A DNA stretch of 45,650 nucleotides, filler included, from Sphacelaria rigidula (lineage: Eukaryota), in NCBI GenBank assembly GCA_964200075.2. It is 2 parts of 2 records of this genome, joined end to end, with 100 filler letters (N's around TTAATTAATTAA, not from the genome) between each part and the next. Parts side by side here need not be neighbours in the genome. Positions count along the whole stretch, not along the records: positions 1 to 22,783 come from CAXNAA020000309.1; 1 more part is not named here. One strand, given 5' to 3'. Both the position numbers and the translations under genes were made by a program. Positions 1-10,749 of this stretch are shown piece by piece (the first letter of the stretch is position 1; the number at the start of each line of letters is the position of its first letter). The notes beneath the pieces are model-generated. The model had not been told where the DNA came from. It saw only the letters and a program-made list of their open reading frames with translations, and ran no database searches.

Positions 1-37
1 TATCATTATCATTATTATTATCATTATTATCATTATT
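1..37. repeat. (TAT/CAT)n microsatellite, possibly the 3' tail of a minus-strand retroelement
   Basis: tatcattatcattattattatcattattatcattatt read directly from the sequence; the tail interpretation is inference. Confidence 0.7.
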
Positions 38-366
38 TCCGCACATTAGTCCGATCTCGCCAACCCGTGGTCACAGACGTGAGCTCGCCTTTCCAATACC
101 GTCCCTGCTATTCCTTGCCAGACATGTTACCAAAATAATGAAAAAATAAGAAGAACGACGCCACGAAAACCGGTGAGAAGTAGCTCCCCCGAGATCAACG
201 GGGAGAGAAAAGAAAGGAAGACCTATACTCGGATATTCAACCATTTTTCGGATATCCCATCGGTGCACGTGAAGAAATTTCGTATGAGATCTGATGCCAC
301 TTTACCGCTCAACTGTGACAGAAGCCGACTTCTCAGTCAAATCTCCAGGGTAGGTTCACGGGGTTG

Positions 367-472
367 TTAACCCTTAGACCGTGAGGTTAGCCTTCTGTTG
401 AATCGGCACCAATTTCAAGTGAAACAAAGTATGCATGATCCAGCAAGACTAATCTCGCGGTCTAACGGTCAA
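367..472. mobile_element. piggyBac-like MITE (family PB), copy 1, ~105 bp
   Basis: TTAA|CCCTTAGACCGTGAGGTTAGCCTTCTG ... CAGCAAGACTAATCTCGCGGTCTAACGG|TCAA: imperfect ~30-bp TIRs. TTAA|CCC ends are the established piggyBac hallmark. Related copies at 1558, 4281, 5470, 13429 and 22998. Confidence 0.7.
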
Positions 473-1557
473 GGCTTTGTGGATGTGTCCTCAACAGCTG
501 GAACCCAAATGTCGGTAAGAATGAACCCCGCAGATGAAAATATGGTTTCAAAGAGTTTTTATCAGTGTTATTCCTTTTCAATATTTTGGAGGCGGTATTT
601 GTGAAGATTAAGCCCAACACAGTACACGAGGCGTCTGATGATACGGAAACTTGACGCATGTGTGGACTGAAGCCGCGGGTAGGTGTAGACGCAGTAGTTA
701 CCGTGAACCAGGGCGTTCTGTGCGCTGCGTGGCTTGAAGGGATGATTATGCACGATGGTGCATTGATTCCGAAAACAAGACCACTTTCTGATGACAGTTC
801 TAGAGGTTAACGGTATGAAATCAGCGCGGAGACAGAAATAGATATTGCCATCCTTGTTGTTGACATTGCTCCGCTGTTGGTCGAGGCTGGCACCAAGGCC
901 GGGAAAACCGCTAGTTTAGGTTTTCCATATGTTCGAGGCAGATACCCCTGAGTTTTATACGCCGTGCCGAGCAAGACGCGGCCCCACAACGCAGCCAAGG
1001 AGATGCGTGTCTTCTGTCAAGGACCACTGTGGACCTGCTCGGGCAGGGGGCAACACCTCCTCCCTTACAGTGCCAGACCTAGCTGGGGCGTTACCACGAC
1101 GGTCTGAAAAATGACAGGGGCAGTTACTGTAGTTTTCTTCTATCATAATAAATCAGATATTCTTCCGTAGTGTGCACCCACGTGAAGATATTTACCTTTC
1201 TCTGGCAGGCGCGTGATCACCCTTGTGCAGAGTTTTCACTTGGTTCTATAATAGAACAGAGTGTGAGTTGCTATTTGTTTTTTTTGCACGAATGGATCGC
1301 GGGTATTTTAGCCCTGTCGAGGCGTGGCTCGCATCGTACAGTCAGCTCTACAGTACTCGTTGTACTGGCACTGGGAACACACAGTGCCAACTTACAGTTG
1401 CACGGATTCATATAATGCAATAAGCGCTTTCTGCATTCGTAGTGATGGGCTCCGCACGACATCATAATGCCACCGAGAACTCGGCTCACCACAACTGTGT
1501 GATGAAGAGTACAAACAAGTCAACAGAGGTATGTCATACTCGGAGTTCCCGGTATGT

Positions 1558-1667
1558 TTGACCCTTGGACCGCGATGCGGGTAGTCCATCTGGATCACGC
1601 ATACTTTTTTCGAGTGATTGTTGATGCTGACTCAGCAGGTGACCTACCCTCGCGGTCAAAGGGTTTT
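1558..1667. mobile_element. piggyBac-like MITE (family PB), copy 2, opposite orientation
   Basis: TTGA|CCCTTGGACCGCGA ... TCGCGGTCAAAGGG|TTTT. The core ctggatcacgcatactttt...ttgatgctgactc is the reverse complement of the copy 1 core. Confidence 0.65.
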
Positions 1668-1691
1668 ACCCTTATATAGCGACCCCCCCCG

Positions 1692-3190
1692 TAAACTAAA
1701 AACACGAAGTTCGACACGGAATTCGAAAAAGAGATCAACCAGTGGGAAGAAGCAAATGTAGAGACGTCAAAACAGGAGGATAGTGAGTCGAAAGAACTGC
1801 AGAGATAATTTTCCAGAGGTGAAGTGAAGGAGTGCACAGCTAAAGTCAAGAACGAAAAGGCAGTAGGGGCAAACGGAATAGTGAAAAAAAAATCTGAAGC
1901 ATGGGGGCAAAGAAATGATCACCATGATGGTTACGCTGTACAACTGGATCTGGGAAAACGAGTTCACACCCCAAGAGGTGAAGAGAAGGAGTACTAGTCA
2001 ATCCTTTCAATGAAAGAGACGAGGCTAACCCAGGGAACTATTAAGGGATAACGCTACTGAGTACGGTAGGGAAAACATTCTGTAAGATTCTGAACGATAA
2101 AGGAGGAACGATGCCAGAAGGAGTCGAAAAAATCAGCGTGGGACAAGCAGGTTTCAGACCGAACCGTGGTGGCGTAGATCATGTGTACACACTAGGTAGG
2201 ATTACCCAAGGTAGGAAAGACGCCGGGTTGACCACGTACTGTTCCTTCCTGGACGTGCAAAAGGCTCATGGCAGTGTGGAGAAATGGGCTGTGGAAAAAG
2301 TTGTGGCAAAGTGGGATCGGAGGGAAAGTGTGGAGAAAGGTGGAGAAGATGACGGAATGTGCCAACAGTGCCATGATGCTAGACGTGGAAAAATCGAAAT
2401 ATCTTGATATTTTACAAGGAGGTGCACAAGGATGTACATCATCACCCACTTTGTACAAGGTATACATTGATGACTTGATACTACTAGTGAAAGCAGCGAA
2501 GCAAAGAGTCAAGGTGGGTGAAGATGTGACATCATAATTGATGTTCGCAGATGATTTTGTGGGGATTTCAGGGATAGCAGAGAATGATTGCAACAACAGA
2601 CAGGCAATGCGCTAGAATACGCTAGAAGATGTAGAGTGACAGTGAATGTCAGCAAATGCGCGGTAACTCGTCTGTAACGAAGATGAGAAAAAACCGGTAA
2701 AGTTCAAGTGGAAGTGGAGGAGAGAGGAACTACCGGTTGTAGACCAGAATACGTACCTAGACCTGCCAAAAAGAAGGAACAGATATACCAGTAGTCAGAA
2801 GGAGGAGGAAGCAGATGAACAGAACTGCCTCTGTGGCAATGCATTGGAGAGCAGAAGTCATGTAGTGGCAGAATGTGAACTATACAAGGAGGAACGGGAC
2901 GTGCTAAAGGGGGAAATGCGGGACATGAACGAGGGTGGCATGAAATCGTTTGATACACTAGACAGTAGCGAGAAAACGAAGGCTATACCGAGTGATAAAT
3001 GGTGGCCAGAGACGGCTAAACAGGACGGGGATAAGATATGTAAAAGTTTTTTGTGCAATGTATCGATGAAACGTAAAGAGCGCCCGGAATGTTGAACGTG
3101 TCTCTAGTAGGAGTAAGAACGATGTTCTGTCTCGAAAGGGATGCGTGGTCAGTGGTCAAACGACTAAGACAAGCAACAAATGAGTACGTT
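1692..3190 (+). mobile_element. Degenerate, 5'-truncated non-LTR retrotransposon (LINE family A): reverse transcriptase, C-terminal Cys/His motif and 3' tail
   Basis: Frameshifted/stop-interrupted RT motifs GITLLSTVGKTFCKIL, QAGFRPNRGGVDHVYTL, FLDVQKA, VWRNGLWKKL, QGCTSSPTLYKVYIDDL, LMFADDFV, then CLCGNALESRSHVVAEC. Probable internal deletion near 2760. Flanked by CCCCCCCCG at 1683-1691 and 3191-3199. Confidence 0.92.
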
Positions 3191-3972
3191 CCCCCCCCGC
3201 TGGAAGACTTGAGGTAAACACTCCACGTTTTGGGTTCAGAATAATTCCTTTGAAACAACTCAAAACGCCTACGCTACGGCGGGAGGGACCGCGAGTGCAT
3301 AAGAGACACATGGTTGTGAGAGTCATGGTCATGACACAGACGGTGGTGTGGTTGTCGACCACCTGATGATTACGCCGCATACTTTTGCCGTGCAGTCTGT
3401 AGTGTATCGTGCCGCGGCTGCACGTGCGGTCTGCAGCGTACTGGAGCTTACAGTGTTGAACTTGCCGAGTGTACGCAGCGTGCGCTTGGGTATCGCACCA
3501 TGACTACTGCCACGAACGCCCCTGACTACCGCAGAGCAATTGCTCGGGGAAGGCGGTCGCCTCACCGTCAAAGTATACTTGTCTACATTTACGTGCGTAC
3601 GATACACGTGGCCGCCGCTCGCGTGTTGCGCCATGACGTCTAATACCAGATGGAGCTGTGGAGCTAGTAGGACGCCCAGGCGATACTGAACTGACGGACA
3701 CAGTGTACCGAAGATGCTCGAACACCTGCTTTTCGGTCATATAATCTATGGTTGATCTGGCATGATCAAAATAAGAGTAGAGGGTAGACTGCGAAGGTGT
3801 CTACCAGCTGTCGACCTCTACCGGAGCAAAAGTGCTCATTTTGACGACCGTGATTGATCATAATGATCATCTCGCGCCTTTCGGGCCTCGTGCACGGCTC
3901 ACAATTTTCCGCGGGAAACTTCCTACCACGCATGGTCGACTCCCTGAGCTTCTCCGATGCTCCGCGGAGAGA

Positions 3973-4139
3973 CCCCCCCCCCCACCCACCCCCCCCCCCC
4001 CCCCCCCCCCCCACCCCCCCCCCCCCCCCACCCCCCACCCCCCCCCACACCGCCCCCCCTCGCCCTTCTCCCCCCCCCCCGGCGCACCCCCCCCCCCCCC
4101 CCCCCCCCCCCTCACCCCCTCCCTCAAAAACCACCCCCC
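3973..4139. repeat. Interrupted poly-C tract (~165 bp; poly-G on the minus strand)
   Basis: Directly visible; it generates the spurious poly-Pro/poly-Gly ORFs in the track. Confidence 0.9.
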
Positions 4140-4280
4140 GAGCTCTGGAAACCCCCGCATGTCTTGGGACTGTCAGCCTGTACAACTGGTCCGAGGCGAC
4201 GCTCGTCGTCTAAGGGTCAACCGTTTGGGAACCCATTGAAGATCCGAAATGATGCCGATTCACAAAAACAAAAATCGTCA

Positions 4281-4354
4281 GGGTAAGTCACCTGCTGAAT
4301 CGGCGTCAAGTTTACTTGAAAAAACTACGTCTGATCCAGATGGACTACCCGCAT
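4281..4354. mobile_element. piggyBac-like MITE (family PB), internal fragment
   Basis: gggtaagtcacctgctgaatcggcgtcaa...ctgatccagatggactacccgcat aligns by eye to the reverse complement of 1575-1650. Confidence 0.6.
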
Positions 4355-4364
4355 TGCCCCCTCC

Positions 4365-4862
4365 CACGCGCCTCAGATTGCCAACTAAGCTGTGAAACAC
4401 GTAACACACAGCGTAAGCTAGGCAGCCAGGTTACTGGCTTTTTGCATGCGTCTTTTTTTGCGATGACCGTGATGGTCGAGCTAGCTGATGTTGTGCGGCG
4501 TGGGAGAACCTCGACTCTGCACAATGAGAATGATCGTACTACGTGGTGTTTGAATGGTGAGGCACCCATGAGGCTGTGTACAGTGTACAACCCGTAGCTG
4601 TCTCTAGAAGTGGCGACACCGAAAAATGAAACAACTCATGTGAGGCTGTCATCAATATGCAAGATGATCATTTCGCTCCGGGCCAAACGATCTCAGCGGG
4701 ATGCAGCTCATCCTCCATTCGACTTGCTGAACACATCACTGCGCTTGGCGCTTGGTGATTGATTGCGAGCCTTGTCCGGCGAAAACCCGGCATGCTTCGT
4801 CCCGTCTTCGTCGGTATGCGAGATCAATAGTCACATGACAACGGCATGCAAGATCATGAGTA
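4365..4862 (+). mobile_element. ~500-bp non-coding interspersed element (family B, SINE-like or LINE 3' UTR), copy 1
   Basis: Collinear with 13951-14056 joined to 15738-16134, and with 27221-27480. Ends in ...catgagtac plus a C-run. Flanked by CCCCCTCC at 4357-4364 and 4866-4873. Confidence 0.8.
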
Positions 4863-4873
4863 CCCCCCCCTCC

Positions 4874-4932
4874 GTCTCGAAAGGGATGCGTGGTCAATGA
4901 TCAAATGACTAAGGCGAGCAACAAATTGTACG
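4874..4932 (+). mobile_element. LINE family A 3' tail only (59 bp)
   Basis: gtctcgaaagggatgcgtggtcaatgatcaaatgactaaggcgagcaacaaattgtacg matches 3129-3188; lies between two C-runs. Confidence 0.85.
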
Positions 4933-5021
4933 CCCCCCCACTACCCCCTCCCGTGAAACCATGTACTCCTTCCAGGCGTCCGGAAAGCACCCCAGGGGTG
5001 TCATCCAGACAACAGTAGACC

Positions 5022-5426
5022 ATGGACCCGCTGCCCAGATATCACGCACGAGGACGCAGGGTAAGCACTGTCCCCGTGTTGATACTTGCGTACCTCTTGT
5101 TCGCTGCCGCTTTAGCGGCCGCGTCAGCACCTGTGGAGCCGGATACGGATAGGCCCATCAATAACCCGAGGCGGCAGCATACCGGGCGCTACGGTCCTCC
5201 AAGCTCTCGAGGCTTGCGCGCTAGCAGTAAACATGGCACGGTGGAGTCGAGCCGGAGATCTGCGGGAGGTGTTGACGTCGAGGATGAGAGGGGGCGAGGG
5301 CGGGGTTTGGTAGATGAGGAGTGGTCGGCGTCGGGATCGGCGGTTACGGTGGAGATTGACCAGCCGCCTATTGGAATGTATCCGAGAGCGTCGGACTCGA
5401 CAGTTCTGTTTCTTCACGTCTTCAAG
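5022..5426 (+). CDS. Sulfotransferase, exon 1 (hydrophobic N-terminal anchor/signal, stem region, start of the 5'-PSB motif)
   Basis: ATG 5022; hydrophobic VPVLILAYLLFAAALAAA; ends STVLFLHVFK|GTCAGT donor, phase 0. Joins exon 2 to give FLHVFKCAGTSLR, the FLHxxKxxGTS PAPS-binding motif. Confidence 0.85.
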
Positions 5427-5469
5427 GTCAGTTTTTGTGAAAGAACCCTCACGCCGCTAGGGTAGTGGA

Positions 5470-5545
5470 GTTAGTCCGTCTGGATCAATCGTTACCTTCT
5501 TTTTAGGGGAAATCGATGCCGATTGAACGGATGCTTTGCCCTCGC
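5470..5545. mobile_element. Degenerate family PB MITE fragment, followed by GGGTTA-type hexamers (to ~5605)
   Basis: ttagtccgtctggatca...ttttt...gatgccgattgaacggatg resembles the cores of 1582-1640 and 13450-13500. Confidence 0.45.
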
Positions 5546-6134
5546 TCTCGTTCGGGTGAAAAGATTGGGGTCAGGGTTAGGGTTAGCCCTGGGGTAGAGT
5601 TAGGCCCACCCCTAGCTTGTGAGCCTGTCCTCGCAACCCTCATCCCGCGTCCAGAGGGTTGCAGTAGTCTTGTTTGGTCATGATACATTGGTTGTCGAAG
5701 TTCGGCAGATGAAAATGGACACAGTTGTGGATGAGATGGACCGCTGTGAATTTGTGAGAGTGCGAAACCACTTCACGTGAGTACGAGGTTCTTGAAAGCC
5801 ACAAAAGTTGCAGGTGAGGACCGGCGGAGAAAATGCGGTTTCAACCGGCGGCAATAGCGTGGACGTCTCGAAAACTCTCTGCTCCCGTTGCGCATTACTT
5901 TGACACCCTGACTAATGGCAACATATTATTACATTGTCAAAACGTGTACTGCGTACAGTATGGACACTTTTGTCGATTGCAACAGAGGCAAAAGTCGATG
6001 ATGCACTCAGTAGTACTACACTTTTTGATGATGTAATATATCTGTAGTCCAGAGTGTGATGATTTTCACATCCATCTTACACCCTCTTTGCATTCCCGAT
6101 CGTTTTGCACGTGTTCACCAACCACTTGAGACAG

Positions 6135-6313
6135 TGTCTTGGCGCATCAGTTTTCGATCGAAGAAGTGCGGTGGAAAACAAATATGCTGATCTGACAAGT
6201 CGTGATTTCAACCATCTTTAAAATAAACTACGATGGTCGTAATCACAACCCATCAGATCGGAGTCTTCCGTTTCCACCGCACATTTTCGATCGAAAAATA
6301 ATTTGGTAAGACA
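6135..6313. repeat. Imperfect palindrome / fold-back MITE
   Basis: ttttcgatcgaagaagtgcggtggaaaac...gatctgac...gtgatttcaaccatc versus the reverse complement of gatggtcgtaatcac...tcagatc...gtttccaccgcacattttcgatcgaaaa. Confidence 0.7.
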
Positions 6314-8474
6314 TGGCCTGAGAGTAAACGCCCGGAGGAACAAAACAACACCGGTCTCGGTGTTGTTTCTCCAATGATCGGCATCTGACGCAATCACGAT
6401 ACATGCTCCGGTGCTTCGTTGATCAATAAAACGCGCGGCCTTTTTAGGGGTACTTCGAAACAGGATTTTTCATATAAACATTTGAAACCAAGACGCCGAT
6501 GGACATCCCGCCGTCCGGAGTTTTCAACTGTTGTTCTGTCTCGTCTCGACGGTCGGCCTCGGGCTGATGTGGGCTGTGGAAGTACCATCAGCAGCTGCTG
6601 TGCTGGCCCCGATCTATCACCAGGGAAGCGTGTGCGAACATCGGAATCTGAACCGCGATTTGTTTTTCAGAAGGCGAAGACGTTTCTCATTGAATCAGTG
6701 AGCTAGCTCACTGGTTCGAAGGTCTTCCACGTCCTGGACAAAAAATAACATAGTCAGAGGGTGTACTGTGCAGTATCGACTGTTGCGCATATATACGAGT
6801 ATATATATATGTATATTGGACAGCAAAAGATTCCCTACTGTCTGTACACTGTACACTTTTCGATGGTATAATATATTGTCCACGGTGCGTGCGCTTCCTC
6901 ATCAGCATGCCCGACAATGTATGTGCTGTGTTTCGTCAGGGTTCCATATGTAAGCAGGCATCGCTTACTCTCTGCACGCTGGACACTGCGTAGTTTTACA
7001 AGTGTTCTTGCGAAATAGGGTTTTACTTGTTTTGTTCCTCTCGACATTTGTTTTCATTTGATTTAACAACGGTTCAAGATGTACCAGGTGATGAGAGATA
7101 TCTGTTTGTGCAAGTTGCATCTGTACCCACGACGTCACACTCCCGTTTATGCAAAAAAAACACACGTCCCCATTCAGCGCGTTACAGTTTGCAGCGCCCA
7201 TGCACAGCACAGTACAGTACAGTGACGGCATGGACCCTTGTGATCGTGAGGAAGACACACGAAATATCGGCAGAGGCGTTTGTTCGGTGAGACCCGTGAG
7301 CCCATCCAGCAGCCAAAATGGTGTCAGTCTGGTCCATTTTAATTGACGATGTTGTTTCGGAAACTCCAAAATTGTCGGCACTACCGAGGTACCTGATTAC
7401 TTTCGAATGTTTGCGAACGCCACGGGTTGATCACAGGGCAGCTCTCCGAAGTGCTCCATTGCAGTCCCAGTTTTCCGAACTTGTCCAAAAACGAAGCTTC
7501 GGTGAAAAACCTCAAGTCGCTTCATTCTCGTGTTCACGCAGAGTCCGAACACTCTGACTATCTCTGAGATCTCTACAGGAAAAAACTTTGTCGGAAATAT
7601 AATGGGCCTCAGTGATTGTTCGGTACTTGGTGAAGTTCTGCCGCATCCGCGCTGATATTGCTACTGTTGTTGTCCTTCGACTGAACCGTTGTCGGCGCCT
7701 GTTTTTTTGTAAGAGATTATTATAGTGTCGCTTGCTTCGGTCCTGCCCCTTACATTTCACGATGGCACTCGACTCGACACTGATGAAGTACAGTCTTTCA
7801 GAGGAGCCGAAAGTAAAGTGCCTCTCGCAGTTGAAGACGGGGAGCACACATGGTGTGTACTTTTTTCTGGTGTTGACGTTTTTTCGGATATCTTTCTTTG
7901 ATGATGGTCATACCCGCTGTCTGATGCTCGATATGTTTGACATATCACTACGGCGATGGGCAGCACCTCGACACCCCCGCCGCACGAGCAACCTCACGTC
8001 TCGAACTATTCGGCGGCGCCCTTGAAAATGAGGTTGGCGGCACGCCGCCGCCGACGGTGTTTTTTTTTCGGCGGAGCGCTAGCGCCGAAAATGCCGAATA
8101 TCCGGTGCGGCCGCAGCAGCACCGAATTTTATTTTTGCGAGCACTGAGAGTGACGCACACTCAGCGTCTTCCAGGCGCTTTGTCACTTATTGCCGAATAA
8201 GAAGCTGGCGAAGAATATGATTGGGAAAGTCGAACGATGGAACTCGCTTTTGCTGGAATGACACGTCGACTCACGTGCGGCGCGCTTACGCTGCCGTACA
8301 GACTAATCACTTCGTTAACGGGAACTTTCGCGGAACATTCCATGTTGAGAGCACTTTGCCCGAGGGTTCTCGTATGCTGTGGTTGCGGTCAGGGTGAGAG
8401 TTAGCAGCGCTATCTTGAAGTCGTGAATTTCCGAGAGAGAGGTTCATTCTACCAAATGGTAGTATGAGCTCTAA

Positions 8475-8938
8475 GGCTACTTCTTATGTATCAAAGAAGA
8501 AAAGGTTGTTGAAAAGTACATTGTTGGCTCTTCTCAGTTGTTTCCCCCCCGAAACGAGGGCTAGGTGGATGGATGTTGACACCTCGGAATGGCTTGCTCC
8601 ACTCGCTGAGGCCGTTCCAGAGCACCTTTGCCACTGTTGAGTTTTTGCCAGAAACTTGCATTTCAATAACAAACGGTCAAGTTGTTGAAAAACAGGGGAA
8701 AACCCGACATATTTTTTGGTAACTTGGCCGCTTGTCGTTGAAGATGTAAGTTTGGCCAAAAACGAAACCGTGACTTACGGAACACTCAAAGGCGCTCTGG
8801 AATGGCCTCAGCGAGTAAACCAAGCCATGCCAAGGTGTTAACATCCGCCTAGCCCTCTTTTCGGGGGGAAAACGACTGAGAAGGGCCAAAAATACACTTT
8901 TCAACGAGTTTTTATTCTTCGATACATGAGGAGTAGCC
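8475..8938. mobile_element. Fold-back MITE, PIF/Harbinger-like (family H)
   Basis: ~155-bp imperfect TIRs GGCTACTTCTTATGTATC... / ...GATACATGAGGAGTAGCC and a near-palindromic centre. Flanks TAA / GAA fit a decayed TWA TSD. Related ends at 22884-22997 and 45581 onward. Confidence 0.8.
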
Positions 8939-9202
8939 GAACGCCGACCGCTTACGAGTAGCGCAGTAGTTGATGTAACATTCGAACACGGTCCCCTTGA
9001 TAGTGCGCGGTCCCACTGCAGTGCGGTTGTCACGAGTCCGATCTGCTCTACTAATATCGAGTAATTTCACTGCGGTATCAATTGTTGTGCGGGCCCCGGT
9101 CATCTGGGGCTGCGACCCACCGCACTATGCCGGGCCCCCCGTGTACCTTAAATGCTGAGCACTTGCTGTAACTCCACTCTCATGTCACCACCTGTGGAGC
9201 AG

Positions 9203-9304
9203 TGTGCGGGGACGAGCTTGCGGGAGTTATTCACAGGGTGGGCGGCCAGCATGGGGGAGAAGGGAGCGGTTGTCGTGTACTGCAAAGACTCCGATCACGC
9301 GCGG
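9203..9304 (+). CDS. Sulfotransferase, exon 2
   Basis: CAG|TGT acceptor; CAGTSLRELFTGWAASMGEKGAVVVYCKDSDHAR; CGG|GTGAGT donor; 102 nt, phase 0/0. Confidence 0.88.
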
Positions 9305-9491
9305 GTGAGTAAGTCTCTCTTGCTTAACATTTTCGGCAGCTGTGATTTTGGTCTTCATCACCTTTTGATCCTCACTGTGCAGCTTCCACTTGAGTAGTCT
9401 AGTCTTTCACCACTTGGTGAATTGAAGTTGGCCCACTTGGTTGTAGTCTGGACACCGAAATTTCGATCTTTATTGGGGGCTATGCTCCTAG

Positions 9492-9640
9492 AGTGCGCAG
9501 ATCGTGTTTTTTGTCGAAGTCGGGGCCGTGGGCGCTGATTTGAGGCCTGACAATGCACACTTTGCCTAGGGATCACTTTTGCACCCCCCTTGCCCGAGGT
9601 TTCTTGGTATGCCTTCGTTCCGATGAGGGTTAGGGGTACG
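9492..9640. repeat. Interspersed repeat family X (ends in GGGTTAGGG-like hexamers)
   Basis: gcacactttgcctagggatc...ttgcccgaggtttcttggtatg...agggttaggg. Related by eye to 8350-8404 and 17395-17548 (same orientation) and to 10750-10888 and 23031-23130 (opposite). Confidence 0.6.
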
Positions 9641-10749
9641 GTTGGAGTTCAAGTTGTCAAGGATCGGACGAACAATGATTCATCTTGGAATTACTTGATT
9701 TTGGTGTAATTGATACATACTGTACACATCAATCCTTGGGCTTCGTTTTCAGCGCTGCACCCGACGTATGCCCGCCCCAGGCACGTGGAATGGCGTTGCA
9801 AAACGTTCGTGGAGACGTTCTTGATCCGAGAATCAAACCTTTTTCTGTCTCCTCTCGAGCAATCAGACGTGAAAAATCGTTGATTTGGTGATTTTCGAAC
9901 TGGCGATGATGCGTCCGATCCTCCCAAGATATTCAAAAGAGAAAAATCCGACATGTTTTTCACCCCACCTTAGCTATTCTACTTGCTGTGGTTTAGTCAT
10001 GATCGTCAACCTCAGGACACCTGAAGAAGGTTCGTGAAATTGAACTGAAATTGGGATTTGTCTGTCTCGGGCGACGTAAAGCGGAGCAGGATAAATTGAA
10101 GCGACCTAAAGTTTCGGTCGTAAATCTGTGGTTGAAACGCTACGACCTGGGCCAGCTTAAAAGCGGCTAAAAGTTGCCCACACACCACAACTTTTCCAGT
10201 TTCCCGAATGAACCCGATGTAAGCATATCACTTTGAACTGCAGACCCACCTTTAGACAGAGGACTGCGTCGCTGTTCGATTGGCGTCGTATTGTAGATGA
10301 TGTTATTGTACTACGTAGAGTACGGGGTGCGCTGATATCAATGGGCGATAGCGTGTCGGAGTGCGTTTTTTTTTTCATTGCGGTGGGTTCGCGTCAGCAA
10401 TCACCCTGCACTGGGTATATGGGGGCTGCAGCAGCGTCACGCGAAACGTTGCACGCACGGCCCAATTCGACGACCCTTGAGTTGAAATTTCACGAAGACC
10501 TTCTGCACCCGAGGAAATGATGCACTGCGGGAGCAGCTGCAGATTCTCGTTTTTCTCCTGGATTTATGATTCTATCTGTTTTTGCTGAAATTTCAAATGC
10601 CCATAATTTCCTCCTTTTTTTTCTCTGCTACTCTCGTCATGTTCTGCATGTCGATCATAATAAGCTGTCAAAATTTCAGCATCCAGCCCCTATTTTTACG
10701 CCGTGCATCGCCTGAGCGGGAGAACTACCACGGTTGGCTGGGCCAGCTC

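Noticed and set aside
955-1105. Myb/SANT-like peptide WSLTEDTHLLGCV on the minus strand after an AG acceptor
   Set aside because: Only the first helix-like motif is present before a stop, and no partner exons were found; too weak without a search
3766-4286. Poly-Pro / poly-Gly ORFs (extensin- or formin-like)
   Set aside because: They are translations of the poly-C tract in several frames, with no splice or domain support
5565-5605. True telomere or chromosome-fusion scar
   Set aside because: Only two or three degenerate GGGTTA units embedded in a dispersed repeat
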